The notes beneath the pieces are model-generated. The model searched no databases. It was not told the DNA's origin and was given only the letters and a program-made list of their open reading frames with translations. Positions 29,201 through 37,786 of a DNA stretch of 64,000 bases are shown piece after piece. The stretch comes from a virus (taxonomy: Duplodnaviria > Caudoviricetes). The stretch lies in the IMG/VR virus record IMGVR_UViG_3300020360_000085, positions 1 to 64,000 of that record, one strand, 5' to 3'. A program made the translations under genes and the position numbers. Within the stretch, counting starts at the first letter, position 1, and every line of letters starts with the position of its first letter.

Positions 29201-32200
29201 TTACCAATAATATCTAATCCATTAATGGCATCTTCTGCCTGAGTCCAATGTGCGGAGGGTATAACAAATATGCTACCGCCATCGTTTATATCTTCAAAGT
29301 GACGTTTTATTTCAGGTGCGTTAGGATAATTTTTTAGTTCTTGTAAAAAATTCTGTTTAACATACACAAAACTATGAGCAGGAATATTAAGTTTTGCTAT
29401 TGAATTACTTCTAGTATTCTTTTCAAAATCTTTATTACGTTTATCTAACTGATTTTTACCAGCAATTTCTTTTTTCAAATCATTGAAACCTTCTGCTTGG
29501 AAAATTTTATCATATTCATCTAGTAATTTTTTAATTGCCTTAAATCTTTGTTTAACTGTTTTCTTGATTTCAGGATTTTTGTAATTGTTAGGTTGGATGC
29601 CTTTGTTCCTATAATATTTTGATACATGAATATTAGACATAACATAATCATCAAAGTAGGCAGGGAAATTATATGTTTGTGAGTGATCACTTTCAGGATC
29701 ATCATGTTTGATATAATTATCTAAAAGATCATTCCATTCTCTCATTGACCCATTTCTTGTTCCTAAATATTCTTCACCGTCATATATATCTTCATCTGAA
29801 TCATCAGTAGGCTTGAGTGTCTCAAATGGTTTTAAAGCATCTAGAAAATCATATCCTATTTTATATAATTTTTTGTGTATCTCATTATATTTTTCTGTAT
29901 CAGTTCTTTTTAATTGTTTTACATGATCCAATCTCATACGCATTTTTTGAATCATATTCATTTGGAATACATCAGCATATCTGTCATCACTTTTAATGTT
30001 TACATGATGGTCTTTAGATGTAGGATGTTCATAACCTTCATAAGGCTCTAAAAATTTTATTAGTTCATTTACTGAATCACTCTTTGTTATCTTTCCAGGT
30101 TTTAAAAGTGTAACTTTTACTCCATATCCAGAATCTTTTAGATACCTGTACATGTCATTTTTTTGTCTTTTTTGTCCTAACTCTTTTAATGAAGTAACTA
30201 TATCCTCTTTATCATTTCTAGGATTAATTTTTAACATTATATTTGCAAGTTTATCTAAAATTTTATTATCCTTAGCATCATCACTTTGGAAAAATTGCCA
30301 TAAAGCATCTGCAAGTGTATCATAATCTTGCCTTCTTAAAAAGTCTGGTGTACCTACTATGTCTTTTTTAAATAATGCTTTTACACCTTTTTGTAAAGTA
30401 CTGACATTTTCTGCTTCATCATCGCTATTATATCTAGCATCGTCTAAACTGGTTAATAATAGACTTTCTAAATCTTTGGAATCCATACCTAAGTCAACTG
30501 CATATCTTCTAAATATTCCAATCTGTTTTGCTTTAGGCATACTTCTGGCATTGCCTTCTTCTATATTTCTGGCAAGTATTGCCACTGCTTGACCAAATAG
30601 TTGTTTGGCCAGTTGCAAATCATTTACTGCTTGTCTGCTAGGAGATACTCTGCTGGGCTCTATGTATCCTGTTATTCCTTCTTCATCTTCCTCGTTTATG
30701 CTTTCGCCCATCCAACTTGGATCTCTGCCTGTGCCTTTTCTGTAATCATCAATGCTTTTTTCCCATTCCTTATCAGCACCTGGCTTACTGTTTATTTTAT
30801 ATGCTTCTAAATACTCAATACTTCTTTCTAAAAAATTTATTACATCAAAATATTCTTTTTTGCTAACTATTTCTTTTGCGGCATCTATTACAGGTGCTTG
30901 AACACTACTTAACTTTTCTTTGTCTTTAGGGTCTATCTCTTGACTTTTTCTTACAACTCTGGAAATTGCTCTTATGTATTCCTTTTTAAATGCCTCATCG
31001 TCATAACCTGCTTTCATAATAGTGGCATATCTAATAACCGCTTTGGTTACTTTGTCAAATTTTTCTTGATAATCTGATCCCCCTGCAATACGGAACTCTA
31101 TAAGTTGATTTCCTGATTCACTGTCTGATTTGTAATTATCTTTAAAATGTATAGAAGAGTATTTTTCCTTGCTTATACCACTGTCCAGTGCTGATTGTAA
31201 TTTTAAGAAACTATCATTGTCTCCTTTTTTCATCTTTTCTGCTTGTTTTAATACATTTCTGTACTGGCTTTTTGAATAACTGTTAGTTAATCTGTCAAAC
31301 TCACCTAATAAATATTCATCACCTAAAAGTAATGCCATTTTTAATTTGTTAGGTTCTGAAACATCCACTCCGCCTCTGCCTGGGCCTTGCCAACTCATAG
31401 TAATATGTAAACCTGTACTACGGTTTGTTCCAAATTCATCTTCTCCGAACTCAAAAAGGCTTTTCATCTCCTGTAGCATTTCTCTGGGAGATGCAAATAC
31501 AGGAGAAATTAATTCTGCTCCTGCTCCTTCGTTAGGGTCGATAGTGCTGTCTTTTTCAACTGCCCAATTAGTTTCTGAGCCACTTGTATCTCCATAGTCT
31601 CCTGTTTCTGGAAAATCTGTAAATTTGCTATTATTTTTTTGCCAATTGTGGAATATGTCTGCAACTGCTTCTACTCCGCCATCTCCGTATCTCTGATATT
31701 CCCAACCATAGTCGTCTAGGAAACTGCTCATATTGTAATGTACATCACTAACCCATTCGTCCATGCTGTAATCATCTCTGCATGAGTCTATGGCGTTGTC
31801 TACGATATCGTAATCGTCCTCTGCAATTTCTCTCAAATAATCTTCATATTCATCGCCATATTCTTCGTTTACAAAATCTCTTGACCAGTTGTCCATGTCC
31901 CAACCATCTTCTTCACGATTTTGATATTCTGCTGGATCATTTTCTTCGAAATCATCTTTATATTCTTCTACGGCATCCATAGTAGGACCATCGCCGTATT
32001 GCATAAAATCATTTATGTATTGATCCTCATCTCTGTTTTCTTCTATCCATTCATCAACAAGATCAGACACATACCCGTCATCATATGCTTTTTCTTTTAC
32101 ATAATCTTCATAATCTTCATATGCGGAGTCAGGTATGCCAAATTCTGATTCTACTTCGTCTAGAGTCATGTCATCTATATCATATCCACTGCCACTATCT

Positions 32201-32859
32201 TCTGCACCATACCAAAATGTTTCTGCCTCAAAACCACATCTTATAGGCAAGTCCAAGGCCTCTAAGGCAATTTCTTTCTTGTTGAAGTTTATTTCAAATA
32301 ATTCTGGTTTTGCTTCTTTTAAATTTTTCTTGGAAAGTTTTTTAATTTTTTTACTAATGCTTCTTAGTTTTAATTTTTTATTTTTCTTTTTAAGTCTGTT
32401 ACCTAACTTCCCTTCTGAAACTTCTGGTACAATTATATCTTCATCTGGATCTAATACAGTTGGGTTATCATTACCTTTTTGTATAACCAAAAACTTCTTT
32501 TGTGGACTAGTACCTACAGGTGCTACAACCTTTCCTAGTTCTTTTCTATTTTTATCGTATATTACAGTATCAGGCTCAACATTTTGTATTGCTTTAGCCT
32601 TTTGCATTTTAGCATTTCCAAACATATCATCATTATTGCTGGGTTCTACTTTAACTGATGTTGATTTAGATGTATTACTTAATGTAGGAGATGCCGATAC
32701 TTTTGCAGTATTTGGCGATGCAGGAACTTTTTTAGATTTATTTAATGAGTTATCTCCTTGAAATCCGAGATCTTTATTTGCGGTAGGCATATTTTTGCCT
32801 GGTGTATTACCATATTCTTTAAGCAAATGATTTAATGTTTTAACATCTGTAAATTTCAT
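26203..32859 (-). CDS. 2218-aa multidomain virion protein containing an amidoligase (COOH-NH2 ligase type 2) domain
   Basis: CGFEAE, AVEKDSTI, GAELISP, NRSTGLHI, IEFRIAGG with an acidic insert; capsid-targeting-like start; small Cys modules; possible nuclease-like C-terminal domain. Confidence 0.8.
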   Translation of the reverse strand: MKFTDVKTLNHLLKEYGNTPGKNMPTANKDLGFQGDNSLNKSKKVPASPNTAKVSASPTLSNTSKSTSVKVEPSNNDDMFGNAKMQKAKAIQNVEPDTVIYDKNRKELGKVVAPVGTSPQKKFLVIQKGNDNPTVLDPDEDIIVPEVSEGKLGNRLKKKNKKLKLRSISKKIKKLSKKNLKEAKPELFEINFNKKEIALEALDLPIRCGFEAETFWYGAEDSGSGYDIDDMTLDEVESEFGIPDSAYEDYEDYVKEKAYDDGYVSDLVDEWIEENRDEDQYINDFMQYGDGPTMDAVEEYKDDFEENDPAEYQNREEDGWDMDNWSRDFVNEEYGDEYEDYLREIAEDDYDIVDNAIDSCRDDYSMDEWVSDVHYNMSSFLDDYGWEYQRYGDGGVEAVADIFHNWQKNNSKFTDFPETGDYGDTSGSETNWAVEKDSTIDPNEGAGAELISPVFASPREMLQEMKSLFEFGEDEFGTNRSTGLHITMSWQGPGRGGVDVSEPNKLKMALLLGDEYLLGEFDRLTNSYSKSQYRNVLKQAEKMKKGDNDSFLKLQSALDSGISKEKYSSIHFKDNYKSDSESGNQLIEFRIAGGSDYQEKFDKVTKAVIRYATIMKAGYDDEAFKKEYIRAISRVVRKSQEIDPKDKEKLSSVQAPVIDAAKEIVSKKEYFDVINFLERSIEYLEAYKINSKPGADKEWEKSIDDYRKGTGRDPSWMGESINEEDEEGITGYIEPSRVSPSRQAVNDLQLAKQLFGQAVAILARNIEEGNARSMPKAKQIGIFRRYAVDLGMDSKDLESLLLTSLDDARYNSDDEAENVSTLQKGVKALFKKDIVGTPDFLRRQDYDTLADALWQFFQSDDAKDNKILDKLANIMLKINPRNDKEDIVTSLKELGQKRQKNDMYRYLKDSGYGVKVTLLKPGKITKSDSVNELIKFLEPYEGYEHPTSKDHHVNIKSDDRYADVFQMNMIQKMRMRLDHVKQLKRTDTEKYNEIHKKLYKIGYDFLDALKPFETLKPTDDSDEDIYDGEEYLGTRNGSMREWNDLLDNYIKHDDPESDHSQTYNFPAYFDDYVMSNIHVSKYYRNKGIQPNNYKNPEIKKTVKQRFKAIKKLLDEYDKIFQAEGFNDLKKEIAGKNQLDKRNKDFEKNTRSNSIAKLNIPAHSFVYVKQNFLQELKNYPNAPEIKRHFEDINDGGSIFVIPSAHWTQAEDAINGLDIIGNFESANNYFHSWRKTPYNKILSKFYAKYNVTFKDLTNNDIFEPATSSEYTVIKRANVEITRVGDSRAGTPGQSYLVDPEDVKNPISNEPLDRSSAITWSLNTNNSEVIKFKAFDFSVYPKEMKPLVAKEMKNTEAFQQALSNVLQKVVDGDIKLALNYQDNVEGMIKAAGVEDYRDASSSEVADRTNWSNLTDYLKIERGVNDQGVRLLRKVYDQYDSDHNWRPEDPRAIGTERWAGAVKAAYEYIEKNYTVSGGNYFRDGDDVSSIYAKTRDDDSGFDVTTDDYEAMRSKYYDFNTMMMNGIQNYILQPDVNSLVGFLKNEQNDETFKRAVLVSMQREREAGEEPNDLQGHLARGRMYLQNRQNELNSNPRESVFDKFDKLTLEEQLVIVNESEVLEKWSKKYKDSINCSNPKGFSQKAHCAGKKNKANEDKDTPCPACGDPKCDHKDEHLKESVSKGPSSQGLPDNSIPGILNKLLADEMPAWDLKKQFLAYYAIPDPAMLSDFRARRAEEGPNACLRGIVRFYAQKQLDPRVFKQIDLNEASKTKVKQIINESRGLYGRLAGDKFKKDNVEVEFQDVINYPEMGKFDDDEKRDTAIDNIKQNANTDIEWVNLPNKGTLAFAIATLTNSETNEKTLWGRYFREITPNMMGKWSNKEVPMGWKLQHNTALKMEAGLDPQHLIATGKWIGSTQDVINIIKQNGGDNPVVPKLINALEDLSSGTMPMFTAERDQLPAIRDYFGEIMGPIALRGGLDSNGQSETARKELINNASWEDCQIRWPQEMNYALVDSLFKGPNGAEVGISSKGGKGASAGVSNIAKAMERANDELRQTHSEAVKIIEIINNNTALNGPFRLAEYFGFLPKGLEEEIKSYIQEVKKDFNGLSNSAKELISGTYGELRNPEEVAGFNTGFALMSKLAVKICKHINNNVPEFSDGCLAFLNQSAIVQLYCKMGVKGPDTFVSEWRSVYPPQFGGKILLDSGKTYYSSRIGSKFTFKFS

Positions 32860-33146
32860 TATCTTCTTCTTTTGTTTAAAGTTTTTAAACGTCTACTTGC
32901 TGGATTCATCCTTTTAGTTCTTTGTGCTCTTCTTGCCATTCTTGTGCCTAATCTAGATTTAGTTCTTTTCAGCATAAGTCTTTTTTTCATATCTATAGGA
33001 GCATTACATTGTGATGCGTTAGATACTACACGTCCTTTTCTTCTACCGCTAGTACAACGTATTGCACGTTTTACTTTGTTACCCATTCTACGCCATACCA
33101 TTCTGGCTTCTAGAATAGGTTCTTCTGTAAATTCTTCTAATCTCAT
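32859..33146 (-). CDS. Arg/Lys-rich small protein with capsid-targeting-like leader
   Basis: MRLEEFTEEPILE followed by a very basic body with two Cys. Confidence 0.75.
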   Translation of the reverse strand: MRLEEFTEEPILEARMVWRRMGNKVKRAIRCTSGRRKGRVVSNASQCNAPIDMKKRLMLKRTKSRLGTRMARRAQRTKRMNPASRRLKTLNKRRR

Positions 33147-33382
33147 ATAAGTCTCATTACTAAAGTAATTACTGTACTTACTAATGATGTTACAGTAATA
33201 GCAACAATAGAAATAATCCAGTTTTCTAATTTATCTAATCTGCTTTTAGTTGTTTCTTTAAATTCTCTTATTTCTGCTGTAATGCTTTCTATTCTAAGCA
33301 TGTCTGCAATAATATGAGCCTCTATGTTACCGTCCTCGATGTAAGGCTTTGGCATTTTATCTGGTTGAGGTTTCTTTGGCAT
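33143..33382 (-). CDS. Small protein with coiled coil and C-terminal transmembrane helix
   Basis: RLDKLENW followed by a hydrophobic tail. Confidence 0.65.
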   Translation of the reverse strand: MPKKPQPDKMPKPYIEDGNIEAHIIADMLRIESITAEIREFKETTKSRLDKLENWIISIVAITVTSLVSTVITLVMRLI

Positions 33383-33391
33383 TTTTTATTC

Positions 33392-33796
33392 CTACAGTAA
33401 ATCTTGTTTAGTAAATTCCATATTAATTGAACTTTCAGTATCAATTGTACCACCGTTCAATACTATTCCATTTAATTCAGTTTTTAATGTGTCTACAGAG
33501 TGTACGCCTTCTCTTTCAAAAGCAAATTTAAAAATGTGTCCTGCTCCAGTAAGTGTAGGTGCTCCATAATTTTCTAATACATTTGCACCACTACCATTTA
33601 ATGCTACTGGATTATTCATAACAACTGGTTGTGCTCTTAATCCTATAACTTGTACTACACTTTCAAAGTCTTTTTGTGTATTATCACTAAAATCACCTGT
33701 ACTAGTAATATCTATAGTTGTAAACAATGTATAAAATTCTATGTTGCCAGAGACAACCTCCGAACTTCCCATTGCACCACTTCTTGTTAAACTCAT
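33392..33796 (-). CDS. Small virion structural protein (paralog set)
   Basis: Late box at 33817 and GGAG RBS support a start at 33796. Confidence 0.65.
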   Translation of the reverse strand: MSLTRSGAMGSSEVVSGNIEFYTLFTTIDITSTGDFSDNTQKDFESVVQVIGLRAQPVVMNNPVALNGSGANVLENYGAPTLTGAGHIFKFAFEREGVHSVDTLKTELNGIVLNGGTIDTESSINMEFTKQDLL

Positions 33797-33845
33797 GTGT
33801 GTCTCCGTCTTTCTACTATTTATCGGTTTCACAAAAAGTCAAGTC

Positions 33846-33877
33846 AAAAAAAATCCCCACAGTAAGTGAGGATTTTT
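33846..33877 (-). terminator. Intrinsic terminator
   Basis: AAAATCCTCAC/GTGGGGATTTT stem followed by a T-run. Confidence 0.8.
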
Positions 33878-33891
33878 AAAAGTTTTTTAGA

Positions 33892-34263
33892 TTATGCTAA
33901 AATAAATGTTTTTGCTGTAACTGTTGCGTTAGCCAAGTTGACTCCGTCAACTGTACCTAATGCCTGAATAACGTCTTCCAAGTGAACCGCTAATGTTTCA
34001 CTATTAGAACCGTCATATGTGTCAGTACCTTTTTCTCCATCAACCATAAATGCTATTGTTTGATTTGTGTCATACAATGCACTATAACCTAGGATAGAAA
34101 GATTTTCATTTAAAATAGAATGAAAAACTGTTTGGATTGCACTATCTGGACCAGTTTTTGCGTTTACGGCCGCTCCAAATCCAACTTCAAAAAATGTTGG
34201 TTTTAGACCTATCATAAACTTTTCTTCATCCACATGTACAGGGTTTACCTTAGTTTGCGCCAT
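33892..34263 (-). CDS. Small virion structural protein (MAQ paralog 3)
   Basis: Own late box, 5' hairpin, AGGAG and terminator; C-terminal IQALGTVDG..LANATVT. Confidence 0.7.
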   Translation of the reverse strand: MAQTKVNPVHVDEEKFMIGLKPTFFEVGFGAAVNAKTGPDSAIQTVFHSILNENLSILGYSALYDTNQTIAFMVDGEKGTDTYDGSNSETLAVHLEDVIQALGTVDGVNLANATVTAKTFILA

Positions 34264-34322
34264 GTTGTTCTCCTATGTTAGTACCCTTTTGGTACCTATG
34301 CAAATATTTATCTTTCTGTCAT

Positions 34323-34350
34323 AAAAAAAGGGCATGTAAAATGCCCTTCT
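34323..34350 (-). terminator. Intrinsic terminator
   Basis: AAGGGCAT/ATGCCCTT stem with T-run. Confidence 0.85.
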
Positions 34351-34367
34351 TTATATTAAGTTTAAAC

Positions 34368-34712
34368 TTAACTAATAGCCATATCAGTTCCAAGTGTAAC
34401 TGTTGCTGATGCAAAACTATAACTGTTTGCTTCTTGTGTTCCAATTGCTTGTAATTGTGCCTGGACAGCAGTTGCATCGAATTGACTTCCGTCAACTATA
34501 CAATGTATTTTACCTGCTGATGCTGAAGGAACAACATACATAAGTGGTTGAATAATGCTTAATGCTCTTTCAACTGCTTCAAAAGGCGCATCGTCCTCTG
34601 CTTGTAAGTCTGCACCTGTATCAACTAAAACTGCTAATAGGTTGTGTCTTGATATAAGGGTACCCGTTGCGAATTCGGCTACTCCTTTACCTTCTCCTTT
34701 TGTTTGTGCCAT
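34368..34712 (-). CDS. Small virion structural protein (MAQ paralog 2)
   Basis: Own late box, 5' hairpin, AGGAG and terminator; C-terminal LQAIGT....FASATVT. Confidence 0.7.
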   Translation of the reverse strand: MAQTKGEGKGVAEFATGTLISRHNLLAVLVDTGADLQAEDDAPFEAVERALSIIQPLMYVVPSASAGKIHCIVDGSQFDATAVQAQLQAIGTQEANSYSFASATVTLGTDMAIS

Positions 34713-34798
34713 TTTTTTCTCCTAAATTTTTCTATAGACGTTTGTCTATATCTTACTTTTATTTATCATTTTTTAATTATTTTAAAAAGTTTAATGAT

Positions 34799-34827
34799 AA
34801 AAAAAGGCAGTATAAAACTGCCTTTTT
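34799..34827 (-). terminator. Intrinsic terminator
   Basis: AAAAAGGCAG/CTGCCTTTTT stem. Confidence 0.85.
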
Positions 34828-34846
34828 AAAAGTTTTTTAGTTAAAC

Positions 34847-35116
34847 TTAGAAACTGATGTCTGCAATAACGTGTCCTGCTAGGTCACCATTTGCAAGGTT
34901 GTCAGCACCTTCTAGTATAAATTTTACTGTATCTTGAGTTCCTGCTGTGAAATCTCCAACTTTTAATACTGAAAGGTTTAATTGCTGGACTGAACTAACT
35001 AATGCTGTTAATTGTGATGCACTAATGTTTCCTGATTGTTGTTGGAAACTTTTTAAGAATACATCTTTACCAATAAACTCACCAGCCGCCGCCGCTCTTC
35101 TATCTGATTGTGCCAT
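34847..35116 (-). CDS. Small virion structural protein (MAQ paralog 1)
   Basis: Own late box, AGGAG and terminator. Confidence 0.7.
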   Translation of the reverse strand: MAQSDRRAAAAGEFIGKDVFLKSFQQQSGNISASQLTALVSSVQQLNLSVLKVGDFTAGTQDTVKFILEGADNLANGDLAGHVIADISF

Positions 35117-35206
35117 TGTATTTCTCCTAAATTGTTTAGCGACTAAATATCGCCGTTACATTTATTTATCTGATTCGTAAAAAATTTTGAGTATATATTT
35201 GATTTT

Positions 35207-35731
35207 TTAAGATGCTCTTGTTCTACCAAGTTTGGATTGGTAGGATACTTGTGGTGTAGGTAAAAGTTTTGCTAAATCGGTATCTGCATAATCTGATGTA
35301 AACTTTACTAAACCAACCACACCAGTTTCTACACCTTTAACAAACCCTTGATCTATAACTGGTAAGTACTTTTTAAATTCTTGTGGTGTAAATTCACCTC
35401 TTAATTTACCGTGTGTTTCTTCGTTCCAACCTCTTTGATACTTTTTCCTTATTGCATTTGATTGCTCATTAGGATCTGCTACTTTTATTTTGCCTGTTTC
35501 TTCTGCTGTTTTTAACTTATTTATTTTTGTTTTCATTTCGTTTCTTGCTCTAGTTTCAGCCGCTTGTTGGGCCGCATCAACAGAAGTATATCTAGGATCA
35601 GTCCTGGTTCTTTGTAATTGTTGAGCAACTTGTTTGTCATAAGGATCTCCAGAGGCAATAAGACTCTGATAAACCATATCTGCTTCTTTCTGATCTATTT
35701 CTTCTTTTAAAATTATATCATTTATTTTCAT
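35207..35731 (-). CDS. Hypothetical internal head protein
   Basis: Begins MKINDIILKE-E at 35731. Confidence 0.65.
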   Translation of the reverse strand: MKINDIILKEEIDQKEADMVYQSLIASGDPYDKQVAQQLQRTRTDPRYTSVDAAQQAAETRARNEMKTKINKLKTAEETGKIKVADPNEQSNAIRKKYQRGWNEETHGKLRGEFTPQEFKKYLPVIDQGFVKGVETGVVGLVKFTSDYADTDLAKLLPTPQVSYQSKLGRTRAS

Positions 35732-36525
35732 GATTGTCTTTGTCTTCCTCCGGCCCAATAACCTGCTATTGCACCAATACCTGTTCCTGCTCTTTTATAT
35801 TTATCTACATCTTTGCCAAATTTTTGTGCTATCTTTTTACCTGCATACCTTCCTGCTACTGCACCTGCTACTGCACCTGCTACCTTTCTGCCAGTACCTG
35901 GCCTTCTTTTATACTTGTCTGTGATTTCATAACTTCTATATTTTGTCATAGTTTGCAATGGAGTCATCATTTCACTGCCTAATCCTATACGTCTAAATTC
36001 CTGAATTAGTTTTGATGTTACATATTGTTTAGATCTAAACTTAGTGCTTTGCCAATCAGTTGCTAATCTCCTCCAGGACTTGTATCTAGCATCTTTAATT
36101 TTAAGTTGATTTTCCAAACTAATAAAAAATGAAACAGGTCCATCTACAATGGCACCTCTGCCTATTTTATTAAAAAAGTTCCAGTGCCTTCTGTTTTGTA
36201 ATTTTATACTTTTTAAAAATCCAGTACTAATTAAATGATCTTTTAACTTAATATTATCGTTATCAGGATTATCTATTACATATCCTAGCAAATATAAATC
36301 TGTTGCATGTGTTCTAAACAGAGCATAAGGGCCATATTGGGTAGTCCTTTTTGCGTATGCTTTTGCAAAGTTTGTTTGTTTGGAATCTTTTTCCATTATG
36401 TATATGGCCAAACTGGTTAAGTAAAATAAATCTGCAACATCACGTCCAGTTAAGTTTTGGTAATTACGAGAAGTTCTAAAAAGTCTGCCTTCTGTAATTT
36501 CATTATCTAAAAAATCTAATTCCAT
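35728..36525 (-). CDS. Hypothetical head-associated protein with C-terminal glycine zipper
   Basis: MELDFLDNEITE-GRLFRT; AGAVAGAVAGRYAG and GTGIGAIAGYWAG. Confidence 0.65.
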   Translation of the reverse strand: MELDFLDNEITEGRLFRTSRNYQNLTGRDVADLFYLTSLAIYIMEKDSKQTNFAKAYAKRTTQYGPYALFRTHATDLYLLGYVIDNPDNDNIKLKDHLISTGFLKSIKLQNRRHWNFFNKIGRGAIVDGPVSFFISLENQLKIKDARYKSWRRLATDWQSTKFRSKQYVTSKLIQEFRRIGLGSEMMTPLQTMTKYRSYEITDKYKRRPGTGRKVAGAVAGAVAGRYAGKKIAQKFGKDVDKYKRAGTGIGAIAGYWAGGRQRQS

Positions 36526-36526
36526 T

Positions 36527-37786
36527 TTACTCACCAGGCCTACCTGAACCAAAATTTAATCTGCTAAACTCTAATCTATCAATAATTTTTAAGGCACTTC
36601 CCATTCTGTCTACTGCAACAAATCCTTCTTCTGCTGTAACCTCAAATCCATTTTCTGTTTCTTTAAATGTAGGCATCTGTCTGATAGTTTCTAATTTTTG
36701 TACAATTAAATTTTTAGCACCAATTAATTTTGTATATAAGTCATATACACCTACAATACTATTCACATACTCTTTTAAAAATTTTACACCATCTACTAAA
36801 ATTTTTCTATACTCGTCCTGCTTTTTTTCTGTTTTATATCCATCTATCTTTTTTTCCATACGAGCAATATAACTTTGTGTAAACTCACTTGCAAATTTGG
36901 CTGGGTCTTGTTCTATGTAGCCGTCTCTGATGTTGCTGTTTACATGTGCTTTTAAATATTGTATAAATTCTTTACCTATTACATCAGAACCTTTTTCTAT
37001 CCAGTCAAACATTGGTTTACCAATTTTAGTTAAATAATTATTTGCATCTGATATAGCCTTAATCATTTCAACACTTTCCTGCTCTGTAAGTGTTACTGTA
37101 CCACTAAGATCTTTTATAGTGGCATCTCTAAACCATACATCTTTGTTTTTTGTTAATCCACTGCTATTGTATCCAAATTTTGCAGTAGTATCTGCAAGTG
37201 TTGGTCCGCCAACATATTCTGTATGAAATACTATACCCATATTGGATTGCAGTATTTCGTTTGCTAAATCACTGCCTTTAGGTACAGCATATAACAATGT
37301 GTTAGGTTTAAAATATACTACATCGTCACCATCAATTGTGCCTGTTTGTACCGTATCCTTTTTAAATAACATGTCGCCTTGCACAACTGTATCTATGTTT
37401 AACTTGGACAAATTTTCCAATGCTACTTTTAAAATATCCTGTAAACCACTATCTGGATGGTTTTCTTCAATGTCTTTATTTGTAAAATTTATTTTGGGTT
37501 TTTGTGCAAATACACCTTTTGTACCAACAAAAAATTTACCTGTTTCTGGATCTCTGCCACAAACTATTGCTGGAGCACCGTCCCATTTTGTTGTCATAGA
37601 TATTTTTGTTTTGCTACTGCCTTCCAGCATTTCATGTAAACTGTGAAGATAATCAACTGCCTCTTTGGCACCTTCATATCCTTTATTAAAAATATTATCT
37701 TCTAGATGTTCTAAATGAGTGTTTTTACCTTCTGCTTCTAATAAAATACTTTTGAGAATATTTTTATGTAAATCTGTAAACTTCAT
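36527..37786 (-). CDS. Conserved T4-like phage protein (KNTHLEHLED family, DUF6267-like) with ligase-like motifs
   Basis: KNTHLEHLED, TTKWDGAP, QGDMLF, EEGFVAVD, ALKIIDR. Confidence 0.7.
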   Translation of the reverse strand: MKFTDLHKNILKSILLEAEGKNTHLEHLEDNIFNKGYEGAKEAVDYLHSLHEMLEGSSKTKISMTTKWDGAPAIVCGRDPETGKFFVGTKGVFAQKPKINFTNKDIEENHPDSGLQDILKVALENLSKLNIDTVVQGDMLFKKDTVQTGTIDGDDVVYFKPNTLLYAVPKGSDLANEILQSNMGIVFHTEYVGGPTLADTTAKFGYNSSGLTKNKDVWFRDATIKDLSGTVTLTEQESVEMIKAISDANNYLTKIGKPMFDWIEKGSDVIGKEFIQYLKAHVNSNIRDGYIEQDPAKFASEFTQSYIARMEKKIDGYKTEKKQDEYRKILVDGVKFLKEYVNSIVGVYDLYTKLIGAKNLIVQKLETIRQMPTFKETENGFEVTAEEGFVAVDRMGSALKIIDRLEFSRLNFGSGRPGE

